A stretch of DNA of 64,000 nt, taken from NCBI GenBank assembly GCA_046350775.1, contig JAXLZS010000001.1:287930-351929 (forward strand). Reading direction: 5' to 3'. Each line of letters begins with the position of its first letter. The stretch's first letter is position 1. Origin of the DNA: Minisyncoccota bacterium (GTDB lineage Bacteria > Patescibacteriota > Minisyncoccia > Phycocordibacterales > UBA5272). Made by a program: the position numbers and the translations under genes. Below the pieces are notes generated by a model. The model saw nothing but the letters and a program-made list of their open reading frames with translations, was not told the origin of the DNA and did not search any database. Positions 19,599 through 28,534 of this stretch are shown piece by piece.

Positions 19599-22208
19599 CT
19601 ATTTTCTTAGATATTCATATTCTTTACATTCACATTTTTTTACTTTTTTGCCACTTCCGCAAGGACACGGATCATTTCTGCCGATCTTGTGCTCTTCTTG
19701 ATTATTAGAATCGGAAATAGTGCTATTTTTCATTTGAGAATTTTGTAAGATTTTTTGTGCCTCCATATTTGCTATCACATTATCAATATGTGTGATGAAA
19801 TTATAGAAATCCTCTTTGATTTTATCTTGCATAGCACGATAAGTAGCAAGAGCTTCTTTTTTATATTCCACAAGAGGATCTCTTTGACCGTAGGCACGGA
19901 GATTCACTGATTGACGAATATGATCCATATGTTCAAGATGGGCCATAAAGTATTGATCTACTATCTGTAAATAAATATTTCTTAAAACACTGTACAATAT
20001 ATCTTTGCTATATTTAGATATTTTCTCTTCGATAAAATCTTTTATTTCTGGTTTTACTTCGTAAATTTCAGATATAATATTTTCTAATTCATCTTCTTGA
20101 TTGAGCAATACTTTTCTGCGTCTTTCATAGATACTTTGTCTTTGATGATTAAGAACATCGTCATATTGGAGAGTGTGCTTTCTGGCGTCAAAATGGAATC
20201 CTTCTATCTTTTCTTGTGCACTTTCTAACACATTAGATACGACTTTGGATTTGATTGGCATATCTTCTGGAATACCAAATTTATTCATCATGTTTTTTAC
20301 TCCTGATCCACCAAATACACGCATAAGATCATCTTCAAGTGAAACAAAAAATTGAGTAGCTCCATTATCTCCTTGTCTTCCAGCACGACCACGAAGCTGA
20401 TTGTCTATACGTCTAGCCTCATGCCTCTCTGTACCGATCACAAATAAACCACCAAGAGCGTTTATTTCTTCTTTCTCGGCTTCGCTAGCATTTGGTCCTC
20501 CAAGTTTAATATCGACTCCACGTCCAGCAAGATTTGTAGCTATAGTCACAGCATGTCTTTTGCCAGCGCCAGCAATTATTTCTCCTTCTTTTTCATGATT
20601 TTTTGCATTCAAAATAGTATGAGGAATGTTTTCCCTTTCTAGATATTTAGAAACCAGTTCATTTTTTTCTATAGATATAGTACCTATCAAAATTGGCTGA
20701 CCTTTTTCAAATAAAGACTTTACTTCTCTTGTGAGAGCTTGAAGTTTTCCTTTTTCTGTCTGAAAAATTAAGTCTTGCCTATCATCACGAACCACTTTAC
20801 GATGAGTCGGTATTGTAGAGACAGATATGTTGTAAACTTTAAAAAACTCTTCCTCAGAGGTCTTTGCTGTACCGCTCATACCTGAGAGTTTTTTATAAAA
20901 TCTAAAATAATTTTGGAAAGTTATACTGGCGATAGTCTTTGATTCTTTTTGAATAGGAACATTTTCTTTAGCCTCTATAGCTTGATGTAGACCATCACTC
21001 CATCTTCTTCCAGGCTGCATTCTTCCTGTAAACTCATCCACTATTATCACCTCTTTTTGATTTTGACCATTTTCTTTTTGAACATCTTTGATCACATATT
21101 GTTTTTCTTTAATAAATAAAGATCTTGCTCTGACAGCTGTCTCAAGATGATGAATTAATTTTAGATTTTCAGATGCATAAAAATTTTGCAAATTAAATTC
21201 TTTTTCTGCTTTTTCTATGCCAGGAGACAGCATAGATATAGCCTTTTGTTTTTCATCTACATCAAAATCTTCACCCTCTACCAATTTATCAGCAAATCTC
21301 GCAAATCTTTTGTATAGCTCATCACTGTCTGTAGCTTCAGAAGAAATAATAAGAGGAGTCCTAGATTCGTCTATTAAAATAGAGTCTACCTCATCTACAA
21401 TTGCAAAGTTGTGACCTCTCTGGACAAGTTGATCTTCATTATAGACGAGATTGTCACGCAAATAATCAAAACCAAATTCATTGTTTGTACCGTATGTGAT
21501 ATCAGCATTATAAGCTTCCCTACGAGAGACCATTTTTAGATATTCATTTTCCACTTTATAGCTACCTTCTTCTTTAATTTCAGTATCATCTATTTTCTCT
21601 TTTTCTTGATCGATTTTACCAACAGAGTCTCTATCAAAAATATATGAAACTTGATGATTTAGCACAGATACAGACAATCCTAGCATGTCATATACTCTAC
21701 CCATCCATACAGCGTCTCTTTTTGAAAGATAATCGTTGACCGTGACAACATGCACACCCTTTCCAGAAAGAGCATTAAGGTAGGCCGGCAAAGTAGCCAC
21801 AAGAGTCTTTCCTTCTCCTGTACGCATCTCAGCAATATGACCACGATGCATCATGATACCGCCTATTATTTGGACTGGATAATGCATCATATTGAGAGTT
21901 CTTCTGGCTGCCTCACGAGCAAGAGCAAAAGCTAAAACAAGATTATTGTCCAAAATATCTTGTACTATTTTTTGATTTTCTTTTTTATATTCAATACTGT
22001 CAAGATTTTTAGCTTTAAGAATATCCTCTTCTATCTTTATCTGATCCATTACTTTTGTCTTTAAATCAAGACCTCTCTGTCTCAATTCTGCATCATTAAG
22101 AGATTTTAATTCTTCCTCTAAAGCCAAAACTTCGTCCACGATCGGTGAAAGTTTTTTAATTAGCTTCTCATCATCTGATTTAAAAAATTTGTTTAAAAAA
22201 TTAGCCAT
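19599..22208 (-). CDS. secA: preprotein translocase SecA
   Basis: EMRTGEGKT, DEVDSILIDE, QLRGRAGRQGD, C-terminal GRNDPCPCGSGKK. Confidence 0.98.
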   Translation of the reverse strand: MANFLNKFFKSDDEKLIKKLSPIVDEVLALEEELKSLNDAELRQRGLDLKTKVMDQIKIEEDILKAKNLDSIEYKKENQKIVQDILDNNLVLAFALAREAARRTLNMMHYPVQIIGGIMMHRGHIAEMRTGEGKTLVATLPAYLNALSGKGVHVVTVNDYLSKRDAVWMGRVYDMLGLSVSVLNHQVSYIFDRDSVGKIDQEKEKIDDTEIKEEGSYKVENEYLKMVSRREAYNADITYGTNNEFGFDYLRDNLVYNEDQLVQRGHNFAIVDEVDSILIDESRTPLIISSEATDSDELYKRFARFADKLVEGEDFDVDEKQKAISMLSPGIEKAEKEFNLQNFYASENLKLIHHLETAVRARSLFIKEKQYVIKDVQKENGQNQKEVIIVDEFTGRMQPGRRWSDGLHQAIEAKENVPIQKESKTIASITFQNYFRFYKKLSGMSGTAKTSEEEFFKVYNISVSTIPTHRKVVRDDRQDLIFQTEKGKLQALTREVKSLFEKGQPILIGTISIEKNELVSKYLERENIPHTILNAKNHEKEGEIIAGAGKRHAVTIATNLAGRGVDIKLGGPNASEAEKEEINALGGLFVIGTERHEARRIDNQLRGRAGRQGDNGATQFFVSLEDDLMRVFGGSGVKNMMNKFGIPEDMPIKSKVVSNVLESAQEKIEGFHFDARKHTLQYDDVLNHQRQSIYERRRKVLLNQEDELENIISEIYEVKPEIKDFIEEKISKYSKDILYSVLRNIYLQIVDQYFMAHLEHMDHIRQSVNLRAYGQRDPLVEYKKEALATYRAMQDKIKEDFYNFITHIDNVIANMEAQKILQNSQMKNSTISDSNNQEEHKIGRNDPCPCGSGKKVKKCECKEYEYLRK

Positions 22209-22337
22209 AAATAATAAGGGTTTTGTGTTGTTTATATATTATCAGTTTAAAAACGTTAGTTTATTTTAACATAAAATCATTTTTTTTGCTCGAAGGTTAA
22301 GGGATTTGATTTTTTCTAAATCGTGATATAATTTAGT

Positions 22338-22432
22338 CAGTCAAGTATTGAATTTTGAAAAACCAAGATAGATCTCAAAAATTGAAAGTTGGATCTTAAT
22401 GCTGACAAAAGCAAAAAGAGTCCAACTTTTTT
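22338..22432 (+). ncRNA. candidate small RNA (~95 nt)
   Basis: TGATATAAT at 22324-22332, two hairpins and a T-run, with no + strand ORF downstream. Confidence 0.35.
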
Positions 22433-22444
22433 ATTCTCTAAATT

Positions 22445-23146
22445 TTAATATTGGTCGACCCTTTTTATACCAAGTTCTGGTATGGAGATATTATCATCTG
22501 TCTCTACTATGAATTCTAAACATCTGACGGCCTGATATACATCTATATATTTTTTAGTTTGCTTTTTATTGCCAGCTTTTTCAAAAAAATGAGTATTCAT
22601 CTTGTCTGGATAAAATCCTGATACAGATATATTGTGTGGAGACACTTCTATAGCTAAAGAATCAACAAATCCTCTGACAGCATATTTACTAGCATGATAG
22701 ACACTTCTTTCGGCTTTTCCATAAAGACCAGCTTGTGAGACTACATTTATAATCTTTCCAGATTTTACTCTCTTCATATATGGGATGACTTTTTGGGTAA
22801 GCAATATATATCCGAGCACATTCACATCAAAAACTTTTTTTATTCTTTCAAAATTATTTTCTTCTACTTTTCCCTCAATCCAGATACCAGCATTGTTAAT
22901 TAATACATCTATCCTTCCATATTTTTTGATAATATCTTTTACAGCTTTTTCTATTTCATTTTCTTTAGTGACATCAGCCACCACATAGTCAATATCAAAA
23001 TATTTTTTAATATCTAGTAATTTTTCTTTTTCACATGACAAGATTATGACTGTATGATTTTCAGATAGAGTGCGCGCGGTAGCCAGACCTAGACCGTCTG
23101 AGCCACCAGAAATCAAGATAATTTTTTCTGAGACTTTTTTATTCAT
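22445..23146 (-). CDS. short-chain dehydrogenase/reductase
   Basis: SGGSDGLG, NNAG, YHASK. Confidence 0.93.
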   Translation of the reverse strand: MNKKVSEKIILISGGSDGLGLATARTLSENHTVIILSCEKEKLLDIKKYFDIDYVVADVTKENEIEKAVKDIIKKYGRIDVLINNAGIWIEGKVEENNFERIKKVFDVNVLGYILLTQKVIPYMKRVKSGKIINVVSQAGLYGKAERSVYHASKYAVRGFVDSLAIEVSPHNISVSGFYPDKMNTHFFEKAGNKKQTKKYIDVYQAVRCLEFIVETDDNISIPELGIKRVDQY

Positions 23147-23199
23147 AATAAAATTATATCATTTATTTTTTCTTAGATTATGATATAATCCACATGTTT

Positions 23200-23272
23200 G
23201 CGCGGTTAGCTCAGTTGGTAGAGCGCTACATTGACGTTGTAGATGTCACAGGTTCGAATCCTGTATCGCGCA
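23200..23272 (+). tRNA. tRNA-Val(GAC)
   Basis: GCGCGGT/ATCGCGC acceptor stem, CTACA-TTGACGT-TGTAG anticodon arm, GGTTCGAATCC. Confidence 0.93.
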
Positions 23273-23279
23273 CAAAAAT

Positions 23280-23711
23280 TTAATCAAAAATAATTCTTTC
23301 TCCATTTTCAAAAATAATTTTCTTTTTATTTTTTGAAAATAAAAACTTATAATAAGAACCAAATTTTCTATTTTTTAGATAATTATGATTTCTGTCATTT
23401 TGATGAGCCTCTTGTTCTCCACTTAAAAAGTAATAAGCTTCCCATTTTGGCATCTTTTTTATATATCTAGCATAAACATACTGAACCGAAGTAATTATAA
23501 TCAATCCAAAAATTAAAGTTTCCAGATATTGATATATGTGAATACTTTCATGATTAATATAATCTTTATTATTTAAGATCTTCTCATCCCTCACAAAGAT
23601 AAAGGGAAATAGAGTTACTCCTCCTATAGGAACACCAAATATTTTTGCTGTAATTTTACAGATCAAAGGAGAAATTATAACTGGGATTTTATTTTTTAAA
23701 TAAATTTTCAT
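23280..23711 (-). CDS. HExxH zinc-metallopeptidase-like membrane-associated protein
   Basis: GVTLFPFIF, INHESIHIYQ, EQEA; start reassigned to MKIYLK because the longer ORF overlaps the upstream pseudogene. Confidence 0.7.
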   Translation of the reverse strand: MKIYLKNKIPVIISPLICKITAKIFGVPIGGVTLFPFIFVRDEKILNNKDYINHESIHIYQYLETLIFGLIIITSVQYVYARYIKKMPKWEAYYFLSGEQEAHQNDRNHNYLKNRKFGSYYKFLFSKNKKKIIFENGERIIFD

Positions 23712-23715
23712 ATTT

Positions 23716-24116
23716 TTACTCAAAATCTTTGCGATGTTCTTCAATTTTTGCTTCAATACCTGATATATAAAGATTGTCATTAGCAGCAATAAGTTCGCCA
23801 ATGAAACTCATTTTAAGTCCAATACGTTCCATTATCTGACTGAGCGCGGAAGGTTTATTCGCCTTTTCACCATGATGATCTATGTCAACAATATTTCCAT
23901 TTTCCGCTCCTGCAAGTTCAATTGCTATAGGTGTTTTATCTCACTTAATATCTTCTCAATTTCATCTTTGTAGTATTCTAATTTTGCTCCCCACTTTAAA
24001 TTTTTGTCTTCATATTTTTGTCCTGAACGACTTAACCTTTTCTTTATTTGGTGCATTTCTAAATCAGAGCCACCGATTAGATAGACATCTTTTTTTTCAG
24101 AATTAGAATTTTCTAT
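23716..24116 (-). pseudogene. frameshifted, truncated NrN-like DHH phosphoesterase
   Basis: frame 1 YLIGGSDLEMHQIKKRL...WGAKLEYY; frameshift near 23940; frame 2 TPIAIEL...IDHHG...SALSQI...LIAAND..YISG; no in-frame upstream ATG (ATA at 24116). Confidence 0.7.
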
Positions 24117-24178
24117 ATTATGCTTTTCTATAAGAAATACATGCGAATCTAAATAAAAAAATTATAACTTTTTAAAAT

Positions 24179-24640
24179 TTATTCCTTCTCCAATTTTTTA
24201 ATGTTTACTGGTTTACTCTTAAAAGTATGATAGACGCCTCCTTGAGTTCGAACTTTCTCTACGAGTTTTGCCTCAAATTCTACAAGAAACAATTCATTTT
24301 GGAATGAATAAACAACAGTTGCTCTTTCTTTAAAATTTTCTTCTCCTTCATAAAAAGCTTGTGGTTTTCGAAATTTTCCTCTTCCTTGATAATTACCATT
24401 AACTACCCACTCATCTGTTAGTGAACTAAATATCATTTGCCCGTTTAAAAGAACCACGTCTGTCAATTCTTCTTTTGAGATTTTCATAGACTCTAGTTTT
24501 TCATTATCATTTTCCTTCTTTTCAAATTCTTCCGTACTTTTTACTTTATTATGATTTTCTAAATTATTGTTTTTCCCAGTGTTTCCTGCACTATCTTTCT
24601 CATCAGATGATCTTTGTAATTTATTCTTAAATATTTCCAT
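24179..24640 (-). CDS. hypothetical protein
   Basis: 153-aa ORF with charged N-terminus. Confidence 0.7.
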   Translation of the reverse strand: MEIFKNKLQRSSDEKDSAGNTGKNNNLENHNKVKSTEEFEKKENDNEKLESMKISKEELTDVVLLNGQMIFSSLTDEWVVNGNYQGRGKFRKPQAFYEGEENFKERATVVYSFQNELFLVEFEAKLVEKVRTQGGVYHTFKSKPVNIKKLEKE

Positions 24641-24688
24641 ATAATATATTAAATTTATTAATTATTTATTAATATATTAAGTCTATCA

Positions 24689-24708
24689 ATATATATATAT
24701 ATATATAT
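24689..24708. repeat. (AT)10 microsatellite in a putative promoter spacer
   Basis: ten AT units between TTGATA (24711-24706) and TAGACT (24685-24680) on the - strand. Confidence 0.85.
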
Positions 24709-24741
24709 CAATCTTTACAAAAAATAAAAATATTTCTAAAT

Positions 24742-24867
24742 AAAAAGCCCTACCACTTTCGTGGTAGGGCAAATTCAGAATAAAGTCGTCTCAGTCTGTC
24801 CTTTCGGATTTTGTAAAGCTTTTTTGATTTTTAAAATCTCAAGCTACGAGACATATTATCAGAACTA
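24742..24867 (-). ncRNA. candidate structured RNA (~125 nt) with own promoter and terminator
   Basis: TTGCAA-17-TAAACT (24901-24873); nested stems, a GAAA tetraloop hairpin, and a 10-bp GC-rich terminator GCCCTACCAC-GAAA-GTGGTAGGGC-T5. Confidence 0.6.
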
Positions 24868-24904
24868 AATGTAGTTTAGCACGTTTTATAAACTATTGCA
24901 AATC

Positions 24905-25378
24905 CTACTCATGATGATACTTTCCGTTTTTTAAAATGGAAACACAGCGATAAATCTGCTCTATCAATATCACTCTCACAAGTTGATGAGGAAAAACAAG
25001 TTTTGATAAGCTTAAAACAAAATCAGATTTTTTAAAGATATCTTCTGAGACACCAAAGGCTCCACCGATTATAAAAATAATTTTCTCTATACCTTCATTC
25101 ATTTTTTCCTCAAAAAGATTAGTTAGGTCTTTTGTGCTTTTTTCTTTTCCATTTTCATCTAGTAAAATCACAAAACTATTTTTACTAGCTTTTTCTAAAA
25201 TTTCAAGAATCTTTTCACTTTCTTTCCTGATTTGCACTTCTTTATTATTGTCATCAATACTATTTAAAATAGTCCACTCCAGATCAAAATGAGCTTTGAT
25301 TCTTTTTTCAAAGTCTTTTATAAAATCTTCAAGATTTTTATCATGCTTTTTACCAATTGTGATGATTTGAAATTTCAT
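24905..25378 (-). CDS. rlmH: 23S rRNA pseudouridine-1915 N3-methyltransferase
   Basis: LDENGK, FIIGGAFG, LSLSKLVFPHQLVRVILIEQIYR, YHHE. Confidence 0.96.
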   Translation of the reverse strand: MKFQIITIGKKHDKNLEDFIKDFEKRIKAHFDLEWTILNSIDDNNKEVQIRKESEKILEILEKASKNSFVILLDENGKEKSTKDLTNLFEEKMNEGIEKIIFIIGGAFGVSEDIFKKSDFVLSLSKLVFPHQLVRVILIEQIYRCVSILKNGKYHHE

Positions 25379-25380
25379 AA

Positions 25381-26235
25381 TTATTTTTTAATATAAAAGT
25401 CTTTTCCTAAAATCTTTTTTAATTCTTCTGCTTTTTTCTTACTTCTTGAAATAATTAATTTATTATTAGATCTTTGAGAAATAATTTTTTCTAAAATATT
25501 TTTTTCTGTATCTCTAAAATCTTTTGCTTCTATAAAAAATTTATCTATTTCTTTTGTAATATTTTTATCTATATAAATCTCAGTAATATAATCACCTATC
25601 ACACAAACATAATAATTATCTTTTTTAATAGAAAATTTTGTATCAATATTAAATTGATAATATTCATTCCCTAAAATATTTTTTGCTTTTCTGTCTAAAT
25701 AATCATCATGTGATACCGTTAAAAATATTTGGCGTGATTTATTTTTTGTAGAATGTATAACTCCTTCATCTGTATCCTTTCTTACATAAGTAAACCAATT
25801 ATGAGGATTATAAAAATAAATAGGGTTTTTTGAATCTATTATTTCATTTAACATATAAAACACATGGGTCCAAAAAGAATCTAATTGATTTAGATCTTTG
25901 AATTTATAAATTATTTTCTCTTTTTCTACCAAACCAAGAAAATTATTGTAATTAGAAATTTGAGGAAGATAATAATATTGAGCTAAATTATAAAAATTAT
26001 TCATCTTTTTTATATAGTGAAGATTTAAAGAAACATTTTTATTATGAATAATTATTTTTTCTTCTTTTGCAAGCTTTCGCAAGACTCTATATACTCCCTG
26101 CTTGGTACTACTCTTTCTTTCTTTGGAGATTTCTTTTATTAGATTTACAGAAGAAATAGAACCTTTTTGTAAAAATTCTAAAACTAATTCTTCTATGGAT
26201 TTATCTTTGTTTTTAATAGTTATTTCTTTTTTCAT
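25381..26235 (-). CDS. hypothetical protein with N-terminal winged-HTH-like region
   Basis: TKQGVYRVLRKL helix; start at MKKEIT. Confidence 0.7.
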   Translation of the reverse strand: MKKEITIKNKDKSIEELVLEFLQKGSISSVNLIKEISKERKSSTKQGVYRVLRKLAKEEKIIIHNKNVSLNLHYIKKMNNFYNLAQYYYLPQISNYNNFLGLVEKEKIIYKFKDLNQLDSFWTHVFYMLNEIIDSKNPIYFYNPHNWFTYVRKDTDEGVIHSTKNKSRQIFLTVSHDDYLDRKAKNILGNEYYQFNIDTKFSIKKDNYYVCVIGDYITEIYIDKNITKEIDKFFIEAKDFRDTEKNILEKIISQRSNNKLIISRSKKKAEELKKILGKDFYIKK

Positions 26236-26382
26236 TATATATAATCTATCATAAAATATATACAAAGTAAACAAGTTGTTTAAATATGTATATAAAATAC
26301 AGCTTTTTTAGACAAAAATATCCATTTATTATTTAATATAACAAGTAAAAATATTTGTTCACTAAAAATAAAACAAGACAAA

Positions 26383-26799
26383 ATGAAAAAAGGATACTTT
26401 ATTCAAATGTTGGTGTTGGAGCATGAATTTACATCTTTTGGTGAAATGTACAATTTTGACTTTAACACAATTGACTGGATTAATTGGTTAAATAATGAAA
26501 ACATCAATCAAGTTTTCTGTGAAGATGAGCAACAACTAAAGCAATTTATTAATCAAAAAATTAATGAGAATTGTATTGCTGGTCCTTTTGTAAAGGCAAA
26601 AGGGCTCAAAAAGCTAATCAATAGGGATTATGGAGATCAAATACCAACGGAAAATATGATTAATGATCAAATTCCTAAAATGATAAGAGATTATCTAGTC
26701 GGTTGTATTTTCAAACCTGACAGCTCTTCTACTTTTGGATTTTTAATCACTGAAGGAATTATTTTGGAAAAGAAAATGTATTTATTAAATCACAATTAA
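26383..26799 (+). CDS. hypothetical protein (orphan)
   Basis: 138-aa ORF; promoter-like and boxA-like elements upstream. Confidence 0.7.
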   Translation: MKKGYFIQMLVLEHEFTSFGEMYNFDFNTIDWINWLNNENINQVFCEDEQQLKQFINQKINENCIAGPFVKAKGLKKLINRDYGDQIPTENMINDQIPKMIRDYLVGCIFKPDSSSTFGFLITEGIILEKKMYLLNHN

Positions 26800-26810
26800 A
26801 ATTTACAACT

Positions 26811-27152
26811 ATGCCTCCTAGTGGTTTTAAAAAATCATCCAAATCAATGGTAAATTTTGTAAGAAAAAATTATCAAGAACTTCAAGAAGAAGTCGCTGAT
26901 AAAAAGTACAAATCTTTCGTTGATGGATTAAACGCTGAAATCAAAAGGATAGATTTATTTTCAAAAAATTGTAAAAATGACTCTATCGATAGTTACTGTA
27001 TTAAATTAATGGGATATTGTTATAAGGATTTAGCTGAAAGAATTAAAAAAGAAGCTAATATTGATATAGTAATAAATCGACAACTTAAAGAAATTGAGAA
27101 AAATCTATTTGATTTACATCTTACCAACGATGGAAAACTTATTTTAAAATAA
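26811..27152 (+). CDS. hypothetical protein
   Basis: 113-aa ORF 11 nt after the previous ORF. Confidence 0.7.
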   Translation: MPPSGFKKSSKSMVNFVRKNYQELQEEVADKKYKSFVDGLNAEIKRIDLFSKNCKNDSIDSYCIKLMGYCYKDLAERIKKEANIDIVINRQLKEIEKNLFDLHLTNDGKLILK

Positions 27153-27170
27153 ACTAATCCAAAAAAGATT

Positions 27171-27197
27171 AAGACTTGCTGAATGCAAGTCTTTTTT
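27171..27197 (+). terminator. intrinsic terminator
   Basis: AAGACTTGC/GCAAGTCTT plus T-run. Confidence 0.8.
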
Positions 27198-27234
27198 ATT
27201 TTTTATATTTTGCTATAATTGAAAAATTAAAAAT

Positions 27235-28464
27235 ATGAAATTATTATCTATAGAGACCAGTTGTGACGAGACAGCGATCGCTATACTTTCTTTCGAAAAA
27301 GAACAAAAAGAAGAAATAAAATTTGATGTACTATCAAATCACGTCTTGTCTCAAATCAACATCCATCGTGAATTTGGAGGGGTTTTCCCTACTCTTGCAA
27401 AGAGAGAGCATGCGAAAAATATTGTAAAAATATTTGAGGAGTGTCTAAAGGAGGCAGGACTATATAAAGAAAAAGAAGACCAAACTCATACATCACTCGA
27501 AACTGAGAAAACAGAGAAGATTAGAACCCTTTTAGAAAGAGAACCTGAGATGTTTTCTGAGATAATCAAATTGACTTTAAAAATAGAAAAACCAGATCTA
27601 GAGGCTCTGTCAGTCACAGCTGGACCAGGTCTCGCTCCAGCACTCTGGGTTGGGATAAATTTCACAAAAGCTCTATCTATATATTGGGATTTACCAGTCT
27701 ATCCTATCAATCATATGGAGGGACACATCGTCAGTGGATTAATAACTAAATTAGAAAATAATAAATTTAAATTAAAAAATATTCCATCCCCATCTCTCGC
27801 ATTACTTATTTCTGGTGGTCACACAGAGATAGATCTTATAGAAGATTTTGAAAATTCTAAATATAAAAAACTTGGCCAAACTGTAGACGATGCTGTCGGT
27901 GAAGCTTTTGATAAAGTCGCTCGCTCCCTCAATCTTCCCTATCCTGGTGGACCAGAGATTTCAAAATTGGCAGACAAAGCAAGAGAAAATGGATTAAAAA
28001 TTATCCCAGAATTTAAACTTCCACGCCCTATGATGAGCTCTCGGGATTTAAACTTTTCTTTCTCCGGTCTAAAGACCGCTGTAATATACAAAATAAAAGA
28101 ACTGGAAAAATTAACAGATGAAAAAAAGATAACTCTAGAAGATATAAAAAATATTATTGCTCTGGATTTCGAAAATGCGGTGACGGAAATTTTACTTAAA
28201 AAAATAAAAGACGCTATAGCTAGGACAAATAGTGACACTTTACTAATCGGTGGTGGCGTAATAGCAAATAATTTTATAAGAAATAATTTCTCAGAATTTG
28301 CAATCAAAGAAAATATCACTTTACATATACCAGAAAAAAGTCTGACTGGCGACAATGCATTTATGATCGGTACTGTAGCTATTCTCCAAATATTAAGAAA
28401 TAAAAAATCTACACACATCTCTGATATCAGAGCAGAGAGTAATTTTAATGTGGAAAATGTCTAA
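27235..28464 (+). CDS. tsaD: tRNA N6-threonylcarbamoyladenosine synthesis protein TsaD
   Basis: IETSCDET, GPGL, NHMEGH, SGGHT, DDAVGEAFDK, DNA.MI. Confidence 0.96.
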   Translation: MKLLSIETSCDETAIAILSFEKEQKEEIKFDVLSNHVLSQINIHREFGGVFPTLAKREHAKNIVKIFEECLKEAGLYKEKEDQTHTSLETEKTEKIRTLLEREPEMFSEIIKLTLKIEKPDLEALSVTAGPGLAPALWVGINFTKALSIYWDLPVYPINHMEGHIVSGLITKLENNKFKLKNIPSPSLALLISGGHTEIDLIEDFENSKYKKLGQTVDDAVGEAFDKVARSLNLPYPGGPEISKLADKARENGLKIIPEFKLPRPMMSSRDLNFSFSGLKTAVIYKIKELEKLTDEKKITLEDIKNIIALDFENAVTEILLKKIKDAIARTNSDTLLIGGGVIANNFIRNNFSEFAIKENITLHIPEKSLTGDNAFMIGTVAILQILRNKKSTHISDIRAESNFNVENV

Positions 28465-28471
28465 TAAAATA

Positions 28472-28516
28472 AATAAAAATAAAAAGCTGAGATAGTCTCA
28501 ACTTTTTATTTTTATT
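28472..28516. terminator. bidirectional terminator
   Basis: long A/T-flanked TGAGA/TCTCA hairpin between convergent genes. Confidence 0.7.
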
Positions 28517-28534
28517 AATCTAATTATTTTTTAA

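Noticed and set aside
23882-24106. + strand 74-aa ORF
   Set aside because: Antisense to the motif-bearing NrN-like pseudogene
24742-24867. Assignment of the candidate RNA as SRP RNA, hammerhead ribozyme or c-di-GMP riboswitch
   Set aside because: TCC-GAAA-GGA lacks the SRP CAGG/AGCAG loop, CTGATAA lacks a complete hammerhead core, and the c-di-GMP-I consensus is not met
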